Shown: positions 13,101 to 22,493 of the stretch, piece after piece | Position numbering within the stretch: position 1 is the stretch's first letter | How the letters are laid out: each line of letters opens with the position of its first letter | NCBI GenBank assembly: GCA_013265495.1 | Contig: MU058844.1 | Coordinates: 9,878,184-9,942,183 of the forward strand | From: Vicugna vicugna | Lineage: Eukaryota | Length of the DNA: 64,000 nt | Direction of reading: 5' to 3' | The notes under the pieces: model-generated | Databases searched by the model: none | Seen by the model: the letters and a program-made list of their open reading frames with translations, nothing else | What the model was told of the DNA's origin: nothing | Position numbers and translations under genes: made by a program

Positions 13101-14831
13101 CATTATAAGAGAATCTTTCTGTTCCCTAGATGACAAAGACTTCAGCTCTCAAGAGAATGATACATACATTATTCCTATGAAAAACAACCTTAAAATGCCT
13201 CACTATACCATGTCTTTTACCAAATTCTGATCTCTCTCCCTCCGCTAATTATCCCCAATGCAATTTGTAAGCAATGAAAACAGATGCAAGCAGCGAAAAC
13301 AGGTGCCACCAATATGCATGTCTTCGTGCACCAATTAGCAAAGAAAATTCTTCTTACTAAATCTACTAAAACTAATATTTAGGTTACTTCTCTTCAACAT
13401 GTCCCTTATGTTCCAAAATGGATGGACTCAATGCAATAACATCTTGCCCATTAATTATTCCAAAAAGGGTACATTCAAAAAATGTCCTACCTTAACAACA
13501 TATTGTATCCAGAGCAGTAGAGTAATTGATTTCTCCATCTGGAAAATAAAGTATGGTAAGCTCAATTAAGGGTGTATATTTTTAGCTTCAAAACTAAACT
13601 ACTGGACATTCTTTCAGTAGTGCGTGTTTTACTTTAACGTCATGTCTTTTCATTTTGCCCTGCCCATCCAACTGAACGTTAAGGCATTAATAAGTAGGTA
13701 CTCCATAATATTGTCCACCTAATAAAACTGGAAACATCAGTACTTTTCAACAAATAACAAACAGCCAAACAACTTGCTTTTAGGAGCTGCCATAATTAAA
13801 TACAAAGGTGTTAGAAATAAAATGAATTATCAGGCAATTACACATAATTACATTGCATTGTGTGAAACTATTTAACCTTAACTGATGAAAATCTAGAACA
13901 CCTACACACTGCTACTTCGTTGGAAGTAATTCCTCACATTTTAAAATTATACCATTGTTACGAAAAATATTTCAAATACGGTAGATAAAATTGAAATTTA
14001 AATGGGAAAAGCATTCAATATTCCTTTCAACTTAATTTGTTTTTAAAATGCATTGATCCAAAAAGCTTGTGTAAGTTTTCCCAGGAGCCTTGAATCCCTG
14101 GGGTGTAAAGAACTTTCACATTCAATTTAAGATATATATATAAAAAAAAGCAAAACCTGTATTTTTTTAAAAATGCTTATTTCTAAAACTGAAAAATACC
14201 TTTTTGATAGTAAACAGGCCCCAGGATCAATTTTAAAGCTCTCTAAAGCCCACTCTAAAGCAGGTTTCTTCCAACAAAATCCTCTGTAGTTCTTATTAAG
14301 CAGCGTTTGCCTCAGATAAAAGGCAACGCAGTAAAAAAGAAATACCTAATCATTCAGTTCACAGACTCCTCCACAAAACAGCAAAGTTTTAACCTTGTTC
14401 CTTTTTCTCAGCCATCTGATGTACGTGTTCCATTTGCAGGGTAGTGGTATTAATTCCGCCCTCCCCCCATCTAAGCTTTCAAGTAGAATTTCGAAGGTTT
14501 ATGTGCGATAATGAGAATGCCAAAGTGACAGGAAACTATATTCAATAACTTGTAATAACCTATAGTGAAAGAGAATATGAAAAGGAATAAATATGTATAA
14601 CTGAATTACTATGCTTTTACACCAGAAACACAACATTGTAAATCAACTATACTTCAATTCAAAAAAGAAAGAAAGAAACGAAAAAGAAAGAAAGCAAGAT
14701 GGTTTCGAGACACCTGGGGGGGGGGGGAAAAAAAAACAATGCCAAAGTGGAAAGATTGCCCCCGGCTGCCTGATCTTCAACTCCAAATTTCCGCTCAAAT
14801 TTACCTGAGAGTCAGCGTTTGCTCCGGGCAT
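924..14831 (-). CDS. PTPRQ: Multi-exon gene, 5' part (continues beyond window start): signal-like peptide, partial FN3, FN3, C-type lectin-like domain, 3x FN3. Putative long 5'-extended PTPRQ isoform or separate uncharacterised gene
   Basis: Nine GT-AG exons join in frame without stops (1726 nt). The symbol is inferred only from position: same strand, directly downstream of OTOGL, and FN3 content. The canonical PTPRQ N-terminus is not seen. Confidence 0.6.
2958..2991 (+). repeat. Perfect 17-bp tandem duplication (TACTTTTCATTAGGATT x2)
   Basis: Direct reading. Confidence 0.95.
3895..4170 (-). CDS. Second gene exon (276 nt), FN3 domain: PLSAQNVTVTHVTPTEIFLHWAAP...NLTSFRHYLI...SAVT
   Basis: ttctactag| acceptor, G|gtaagc donor; phase 1-1. 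Confidence 0.93.
5686..5991 (-). CDS. Second gene exon (306 nt), FN3 domain: PSLPGNL...VFSW...QLSPGHVYRF...IVET
   Basis: tttttcag| acceptor, C|gtaagt donor; phase 1-1. Confidence 0.93.
6099..6288 (-). CDS. Second gene exon (190 nt), C-type lectin-like domain C-half: KEGHLTWTDGS...DCYIL...FFCYVPLPYICEYE
   Basis: ttattacag| acceptor, T|gtaatt donor; EG-x3-W-x-DGS and C-x5-YICE motifs. Confidence 0.92.
8940..9255 (+). mobile_element. L1MC-like 3' end
   Basis: gaggatttttagggcagtgaaaatactctg...tttgctgtgaacct...A-tail. Confidence 0.75.
9426..9640 (-). CDS. Second gene exon (215 nt), C-type lectin-like domain N-half: SCSHGWVALKNNCY...WNIAQQRC...AHLVDI...WTGLNDLK
   Basis: tttgctag| acceptor, AAG|gtcagt donor; C-x2-GW-x6-CY, W-x2-A-x3-C and WxGL motifs. 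Confidence 0.93.
11238..11495 (-). CDS. Second gene exon (258 nt), FN3 domain: GISTRDIKTVATSTSVSFNWS...DNLKPATLYVF...EIET
   Basis: tcttttag| acceptor, G|gtatgt donor; W...LKPATLY FN3 signature; phase 1-1. Confidence 0.9.
11964..12099 (-). CDS. Second gene exon (136 nt; 5' boundary uncertain): TVKRILADPRKLPESIITLEENEDYHIIIQSIRYGQILSEKSFQT, FN3 C-terminal half-like
   Basis: attatttacag| acceptor (alternative AG at 12120-12121), C|gtaagt donor; L-x5-Y-x-I-x-I pattern; phase matches next exon. Confidence 0.75.
13491..13538 (-). CDS. Second gene exon (48 nt): MEKSITLLLWIQYVVK, signal-peptide-like
   Basis: tttattttccag|ATG acceptor, AAG|gtagga donor; hydrophobic core. Confidence 0.7.
14539..14690 (+). 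mobile_element. Short LINE-1 3' UTR end with A-rich tail (artiodactyl-type)
   Basis: atattcaata..ttgtaataacc...aaatcaactatacttcaatt, similar to 24779-24895. Confidence 0.8.
14805..14831 (-). CDS. Second gene, coding end of putative exon 1: MPGANADSQ (may be 5' UTR if the next ATG is used)
   Basis: First minus-strand ATG downstream of the CpG island; CAG|gtaaat donor; in frame with next exon. Confidence 0.5.
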
Positions 14832-14959
14832 GGAGAAAGAGAGCAGCTGCCCCAAGGAGCCAACTTTTGACCAATGGAGAAGAGAGCAGAGTTTAAAGGA
14901 AAGGACTAGAGGGTTAAGAATGGCTAGAAGACTGGGGAAAGGAAGAAAAACCAGAGACC

Positions 14960-15320
14960 TGGACGCCAAAGCGTGATGACCCCTCAGCGGAGGAGCCTGC
15001 GGGTGCGCGGCGCCCCTGCGCCCGCCCAGACACGACCCCGACCCCAGCCGCGCTCCCCGCGCTCGGCAAGTTTCACGCGCCGGGAGCCGGGTGCGGGCCA
15101 CGCGGTCCGGCGGGCGCAGAGGCGGCGCGGGGCGCGGCGGCCGAGGCTGCGGGGGCCGCCAGCTCGCGGCTGCTCCTGCTTCTCTTCCCGGCCCCCGCTC
15201 CGCGCGCCCTCGCTGCGCTCCGGCTCCCCTCGCCGCGGCTCCGGCGGATTCGCCTTCCCGCCAGCCACGCCCTCTCGCTCAGAGGGGTTAATCAAGTGGA
15301 GGTCTCCATGGAAACAAGGG
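14960..15320. promoter_or_regulatory. CpG island / promoter of the second gene
   Basis: Only CpG-dense, very GC-rich block in an AT-rich window; lies directly upstream of a minus-strand splice donor at 14803-14804. Confidence 0.9.
15302..15315. promoter_or_regulatory. RFX X-box motif GTCTCCATGGAAAC
   Basis: Matches the palindromic consensus GTYNCC-AT-GGNAAC at the edge of the CpG island. Confidence 0.7.
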
Positions 15321-15691
15321 GAAGGGCGAGGAGTGGGAGGCGAGGCCCAAAACACTGATTTGATATGTGGAGGAGAATTACACGACAGGGAAGAAGGGAG
15401 GAGAGGGTGGACGATGCAGGAGAGCGCGAGTGGGAAACATGGCCTCTTAGGAGAAACAAAGTCCACCCTGTGGCTGCGAATAATCCTAGTTCACCCACGT
15501 GTCTGTGTATGAAGCCGCGTTCTTGTATTAACATGTTGTGTGGTCTGTTCACTTGTCTGTTTTCTGCAGTACTTGACAGTGTTGATGGGACCCTTCCCCT
15601 TTCCTGAGGCCTTCTCAGTTAGCGTCCCCGACATCACCCCCACCTGGTTTTTCTATCCATTTGCAACTTAAAAATTGGCCCATGGTGACTT

Positions 15692-15935
15692 TGTTGCCGA
15701 CTAGGGTTCTTGGACTCTCATCAGCAGAAACAGGCCAAGGAGGAGTTCAGGCAAGACTTTATTGGGACCCGTGCTGCAGCCTGAGGGTGTGAGAACAAGA
15801 AACAGGCGCCCTTGCTTATTACCTGAGTGGGGGAAGCGGTGGGGGCAGACAGCCAGGGAGCTGGTTCCTTAAATGGGGTGAGGGCAGATCAGGTGGGTCA
15901 GGCTGGAGCCACGGCTCTGATGGCCTGCCCACGGG
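15692..15935 (-). mobile_element. ERV1-like LTR 3' fragment
   Basis: tgttgccgactagggttcttggact...ggcaagactttattggg, resembling antisense artiodactyl ERV1 LTR ends; AATAAA on minus at 15758-15763. Confidence 0.65.
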
Positions 15936-16614
15936 CTTAAGTAAAAACTGAATTATCTTTCTCTCTGGAAAGTCTGTGCCATGTTTAAGAGCTGGGAACC
16001 TCAGTTCAGATCCTACGACTCCATTTACTAGCTGGGCATCTCTGTCAAGTTGATTGTAGTGGAAAGTAAGCTTATAGAAAGTAAGCTTAGTATAAAGTAT
16101 GAATACTTAATAGAGTGACAACTAGTGTCGGCTCACTGTGATGACTACAAATAAACTCAAAATCAAGCTGCAGAATATGGTCATTTTTTTGGACAATGAT
16201 AGATATAAGCAGTGTTCCTTTTCAATATTTTCTAATGGTTAAGTGAAGAGAAACAGTTATCATGTTAGTAAATCTTAAAAGGCCAGTGGGAGTTTCTCTC
16301 TTAAATACAAACATTCTTTTAAAATCTGGACCACAAATTCCACATTAATCACAACGTAGACTCCTTAACTTAGGCTAACCAGTTTTCTGTTTTTCTCTTC
16401 TATTAAGTGTTACCATGTTTGTTTGAGGTTGATATTATTCAACATGGCTAATCCTAAAGAAAAAAATGTAAAGAATGAGTAGAATTGTTTATGAATTACT
16501 TAAGTAATAAAATTTAATACTTTGAGATAACATTGATTTTTTAATCCCATCTGCCAAAATTGTTTCTCTAAGTACTTCACTCTCTCCTTAAAAATAAAAA
16601 TAAATAAAAATGAA

Positions 16615-16752
16615 GGTGGGAAGAGGGTATAGCTCAGTGGTAGAGTGTGTGCTTAGCACACATGAGGTCCAGGGTCCTGGGTTCAATCCCCAGTAACTCC
16701 ACTTAAAAAATAAATAAACCTAATTACAACCCCTCACCAAAAAATAAAGAAA
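16615..16752 (+). mobile_element. tRNA-derived SINE (camelid Vic-1-like)
   Basis: A box TAGCTCAGTGG, B box GGTTCAATCC, then aaacctaattac...A-tail. Confidence 0.88.
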
Positions 16753-18548
16753 AAAATCATTTTTTCCAGATTCCAAAAGAAACACTTCCTTATTAAAGAG
16801 TTGTATGCATTTGGTATACATATATTTGGACAGATGTCTACAAAAGTATACATTTTTGTATACATGGAAAATTTACCATAATTTACCTAAATTTACCCAT
16901 AATCCCACTGGCCCAAGATGGCAAATGTTGAGCATATTTATCTGTTTCTTCTTAAGGTATTATTCGTGTTTATTAATCTTGCTTAAAAAATATGGATTTA
17001 TTACAAGATTGAAACGATTTAAATTTATGCCTTGCCTTTTATCACAAAACATTGCTTCAGCAAGGAATCTTTGAAAATATGATTTTGAATTTTGAATAAT
17101 AATCTGAGTTATAAATGTCACATAATTTATATAACAATAACCAAACTGTAGAGCTGTAGATAATTTAAGTTGTTTCCAAACTTTTGGTATCATAAAAAAT
17201 GTTTAAATAGGTCTTCAACTTTAGAATGGAGTATCTCCAGCACTCCCTAATGTGTCCCTGGCCAATGTTTCTTTAAACACTGAAGAAAAGAAAAATTAAA
17301 AAACAGAAGAAAAAAATCACAAACTAAAATTGCTTAACAGAACAAGTCTGATTTCAGTAGAAATTCTGTTATTTATAATAGATCAAAGTCTACCAGGAAA
17401 AAAGAAAAGAAATAACTTATACCGCACCCATTTCCATTCCTTAACTTGGAGATGTGGGCTCTTGTATGTACCAGAAACTGGTCAGGAACCATACATTACT
17501 GCAAAACTGCCTCTTTTGAAAGTATTGACTTGAGCTGGAAATAAGAGAAGAAAAATCTCGCCGTTCATCAACCAAGAACAATCCATATAAGCTGTTCATT
17601 AATAAACAGCAAAAATGACATGAGAAGAACCCATGAGATCTATGAAAAAAATACTGCAAAGACAATATCATTGTGAAAAATGAGAGGAAGAACAGACTGG
17701 CTAGTGCAAGCACCTTGTCACAAAATTCAGGGAAAAAATATCAGGGAAATTTTTGGTTTTCTATAAAGTATGCAAAAGACATGATTTTCATTAAAGTGTA
17801 GAAGAATATTGAGAGAAAAAAAGTGATATAAATAGAAAACAGCATGTGTTTTAAAAATGGTATAAAGAGGGAATTAGATATGAAATAAATGCAAGGAAAG
17901 TAAAAATGCATTCACAGAATTATAATCCACAATGACGGAAGTAGAACAAACATGAATAACTACTATGGAAGAAAAACCTGAGAACCTCTACAGTTTTGCA
18001 GAGCAGGAAGTCAAATAGATGAAGAGATATGAGAAAAAATGTCACAGGTATAAAAGAGTAACAATATACATAGAAGTAATATTCCTGAACATAAAACCAG
18101 ATTAACTAAAACAAAGCATATCAAATAAAAATATACCAGCAATAGAAGAAATACTTCTTGAATATTTAGAAAAGGATTGTGTGAAGATTGGAGGATTTCA
18201 AAACATCCAAACAAATACCAATGCATAGAGAACCAAGCCTATACACATTTTCACATTATCGAATTTAAAACTTGAAGGAAAATTTGAATAAGCCATCATT
18301 CAATATACCTTTAATGGCACCAAGTGTCAACTAGAACCACACTTTTCTTTTGCAATACTAAATGTCCAAATAGAGTAAAGCAATGTCTACAGTTTTGAAA
18401 GCAAACTATGACCTCAAATTTCATACTCAGCTAATACATATCAAGTCCTTTTTACATGTTAAACACTACCATAAGTGCTTTACAAGCATTAACTCCATTA
18501 GCCTCACACTAATCCAAGGAGAAATTTGAAAAATATGAAGTGCAGAAG

Positions 18549-19201
18549 TGCTGGGAAACAAGCAACTAGAAAACAAGCCGCACCTAAATTTCCATGAGCT
18601 TAAAATATTATATTCACACCTACTTGCTTAAAATGCACATGCTTGCTTTGTTTTAATGTTTCATGCTGCAGATGATCTATCTCACGTATTGTACAAAAGA
18701 AAATCTGTGAGGGGCAATCCTGAGATTGGCCATAAGGGCACGAAGGAGGGCAGGTAGTTCATTAGGGTAAAACAATGGGCAGTCCTGGAAAGCCAGATCA
18801 TCCATTAACAGAACTTCATTCTGGCTTGAAAGCCTGCGGTTTAACCCAGGGGAAATCTATCTCGAGATGTCCCGGAGGCAATAACAGGATAGACTTAGAA
18901 ATTTTGCATACCCCGAGGTGGGTGATTGTTCCTGGAAGGGATAGGCCTGAAATTAATCAGTTAATCAGCAAGCAGAATTTAGTGCTTATCGAATGGAATA
19001 TCTAAAGCCCCACCTCTTTGATCGCATTTTTTTCTGAGCTCTATACTCCTAACAAATATGATGTCGACTAGGCTTTCAGCACTCTAGAACCACAAGATCT
19101 TGAGTCCCTTGGCCCCATTTTTGCTCTTTACTTTGTCTCTGTTTCTTAAGTCTTGCATCGCCCATCCTCAGACATGGTCCCAAGCTGCGAAGGACGCAGC
19201 A
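18549..19201 (+). mobile_element. Solo ERV LTR (653 bp, ERV2/ERVK-like)
   Basis: TGCTG...CAGCA inverted termini, flanked by CAGAAG / CAGAAT (6-bp TSD, one mismatch). Confidence 0.75.
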
Positions 19202-20428
19202 CAGAATTGTTAAATTTTACTTAGAGTCACACAGAAATAGATGGTATTAGGAGTTGAATTTATACGTACTTGTTCAGGGAAACTGAGATCTTAGCTGTAG
19301 TGATACACTGTGAGTAAAAACTTAGAAAATATTCAATCCACATACTTTTCAAGAGACAAATTACTTAGAAATTTAAATCAAGCAACCAAGGAATAAAGTG
19401 AACATAAGAATTAAATAATAGAGATATTGGCACTGGCAGTGAGGATCATAGTTAATTTGCATCTAGAACTATTAAATTGCATTACAAAACTGAAATTTAT
19501 GGAAAATTTTAATGGAAAATATAGACAAATATAATTTAAGACAATTTTGACACAAATTAAACGATTGAGAAGGCAGAAAAGTTAAGTTCCACACTCTTTA
19601 GTAAATATAATTTTCTTTACTTTTTTATCCACCTCAAGTTTTCTATAATCTGTATTTTCTGATAATAGATAATTTAATAATGGAATTTTAATTTTAGCCA
19701 GAACTTCAAGCTTTCTAGTTAGCAGTTATTAGTGAAAAAACTCTGTACAGTTCAGTTGTTTTCTTCCCCCTCTAAACACACAGTATAGAGGTCAGACTTC
19801 AAGCACTATAGCCATTTACTAGACTTTTTTTAGAAAGAAACGAAGGCTTGGAACAGACAGTTGCTAACTTTCGTGCAAATTAGCAAAAGGTGCCTACTCA
19901 TGGCAAATATATTAGGAAAAGCACAAGGTCTGATGGATAAATTAGAAAACGCCTCCCTTTTCTTACCTCAGGAGTTATTAGAACAGGCCCCTCCCTCTGG
20001 GAAGATGCAGTCCCAAAGATGGGTGTTTGGCTTGGCAAGAGGCCAGTGCCTTTGTGGAAAGAAAAAGGAGTCATCTTCTGGGGAGAAGTAAACTCTTCAG
20101 CATGTTTGATGTCATTTGATTCTTAACGAAATTATAAATTATGTTCAGTTTAATCCCAGATCAGGAGAGATGGGGAGAAAAGCAATAATAACTAAACAAA
20201 ATGACAGTAGAAATTATTTATGTGAAGTTTTATACTATTTTTCTCCTACAAACAATACATACAAGTTTGTTTTTAACTCTTCTCCCTTCCAACATGACAG
20301 TAAACAGCTAACACTCTTTATTGATTTAATGAGCTAAAAATCACATCTTCTAGTTTTAAAGAAAATTTCTAAGCCTATAAAGAAATATGAACATACGTAT
20401 ATGTATACCTATATGTGTATGTTTTCAG

Positions 20429-20430
<2 letters not shown>

Positions 20431-20462
<32 letters not shown>
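20431..20462 (+). repeat. (CA)16 microsatellite
   Basis: Direct reading. Confidence 0.97.
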
Positions 20463-20467
<5 letters not shown>

Positions 20468-21117
20468 TTTGACAGTTGTCATTTGCTGAGATGGAGAAGA
20501 CTCTTCAAGGAAATGATTTAGGAAACTGAGGCAGGAGAGGAACAATAGCTAGTAAAAGTGAGACTGGTAGAGAGCAGGCCATAGCTTACCCAAAACACAG
20601 ATATATCTGAAAAGGCCAAATGGAACCACTGCATTTTGGACTAGTCCATGAGGGTGAGGAGTGACAGTGAGCAATTTACCTGCTGGTTCCTGGACCTGTC
20701 ATTCATTGTTCAGGGTTCACCTCACAGGGTTTTAATTCCCCCTTTTTACCAGGCTGCATTACTCAGTTCATCTGGGTAATCAGGGAGCATGGTGCCTCTT
20801 CCGGGCTCAGAAGTGGTAGAAGAAGCCAGAGTCGCCATGGCAGGCATGGAAGAGGGATGCAGTCCTTCCTCCCCAGAAGACTGAGACAGTGGTCGAAGTA
20901 AAGCAAGGAGGCCAATGGCTTAGTCTGGGCCTGTTGCTCATGTGCTGTTCCTGTCTAGCTGCCTCAGGCTGCCTGGGAGAAGCAACTACCAAGACGATGG
21001 GAGCAGGATCAGCACCACAGCTGCAGAAACATTAGCATGTGTCTGGGCATGAGTACATTGGGAGCAGCACACATGCTGAGTCCAATTTATTAACTGATAA
21101 TCACCTTTCAACCCATT

Positions 21118-21482
21118 TGCAATGGTTTGAATGTTTATATCCCCTCAAAATTCATATGTTGAAATCCTAACCCTCTGTATGGTGCTATTAGGAGGTGGGC
21201 CTGTTCAGAGGTGAGTAGGACATAAGGGTGGAGCCCCCCATGAAAGGGATTAGTGCCCTTATAGAAGAGACCCCAGAGAGTTCCCTCGCGCCTTCTGACC
21301 TGACAGGACACAGAAGAAGATCTGTCTTTAAGTGAGGAAGCAGACCCTCACCAGACACCAAATCTGCTGGCACCTTGATTTTGGACTCCCCAGCCTCTAG
21401 AACTGTAAGAAATAAATAGCTGTTGTTTATAAGATGCCTAGTTTATGCTATTTTGTTATAGCAGCCCAAACTGACTGAGACA
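21118..21482 (+). mobile_element. MaLR solo LTR (MLT1A-like)
   Basis: tg..atggtttgaatgtt...caaaattcatatgttgaaatcctaacc...tagcagcccaaactgactgagaca. Confidence 0.88.
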
Positions 21483-21529
21483 CCTCTTCATTAGGGATTT
21501 TGTTCATAATAAGAAACACTGATGAACTC

Positions 21530-22478
21530 TATTTCTATAAATCAAATGACTCTTCATCAGCATGTGACAGATCGTAACTCCAATCCTTTGTATAACCTTC
21601 TATTTCCCTGGCTTCTATGACCCCTGTTAAGGCTCTGGGCTTTACTGCAAACTCTAGGACTATTCTTTCTCAGCCTCCTTTCCTGAGTGTTCTTTTCTAT
21701 ATGATCCCTAAATGTCAGAGGGCTTCAGGACTTAACCTTGGATTCTATTTCCCTCTCACTGTACTCTCACCCTAGCTAACTTAATTCATTCTCATAGTAT
21801 TAAACTCTTTATATGTTAACAAATCCTAAATATATTTCCAACAGAGATGTCTCTTCTTGGAACCAGACCAACAGAAATAGCCACATACTAATAAATTTCA
21901 CTTAGTTGTCAAAATTGTCCATATCAACATGCCCAGGATTGGATTCAATCTCTTCCCCATCACCCAGAAATGCTCCTCCATCCACCCAGTGGCTTATCAA
22001 ATTCAGAGACATTCTCAACACAATTTTCTGTACTATAGTGATTACCAATATTGGACTTTACCTCCAAATATACTTTGTATCCTACAGCCGCATCCATCTG
22101 CGCTGTCACTACCACGTCTTACCTAAGCTACAGCAACAGCATCTAACTAGTCTCTTTTGGCTTATTTGGCTCCCCGGCCCATCTCATCAATGTCATCCTG
22201 TACTACACTCATTTTTCAAGATGCACAAAAACATTCCCTGGCATGTTCTGATCCTTTCCTCCCACAACCCCTTAGCACATGCTGTCCCCTCGGCTGGGAA
22301 ATGTTTAACTGTTTAGCTCACACTCATCCTTCAGGTCTCAACCCACACATCCCTGACGTCAGGGGTCTCGCCTTACTTTCCACCCAAACCAAATTGGGTT
22401 TTTCTGTGTCTTTCTCATAGCAATCTCTACTCTTCCTTTACAGCACTTACCAGAATTTAGAATTGCTTATTTATATTG
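21530..22478. mobile_element. LINE-2 fragment (the young L1 sits at its end; probable remainder ~25960-26085)
   Basis: cctggcttctatgac, aacatgccca, catgctgtcccctc; tail cctggtacacagtaagtgctcaataca. Confidence 0.6.
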
Positions 22479-22493
22479 CTGTATACTTATTTT

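Noticed and set aside
14643..15607. Long overlapping Arg/Pro/Gly-rich ORFs on both strands
   Set aside because: Expected stop-codon depletion in a CpG island; low complexity, no recognisable domain.
16615..16752. tRNA gene (also 30989-31134, 46300-46464)
   Set aside because: A/B boxes are present, but the shared non-tRNA tail, A-rich end, TSD and multiple diverged copies show these are SINEs.
17200..18430. A-rich + strand stretch as a coding region
   Set aside because: Frequent stops; looks like a very old L1-derived relic, too degraded to classify.
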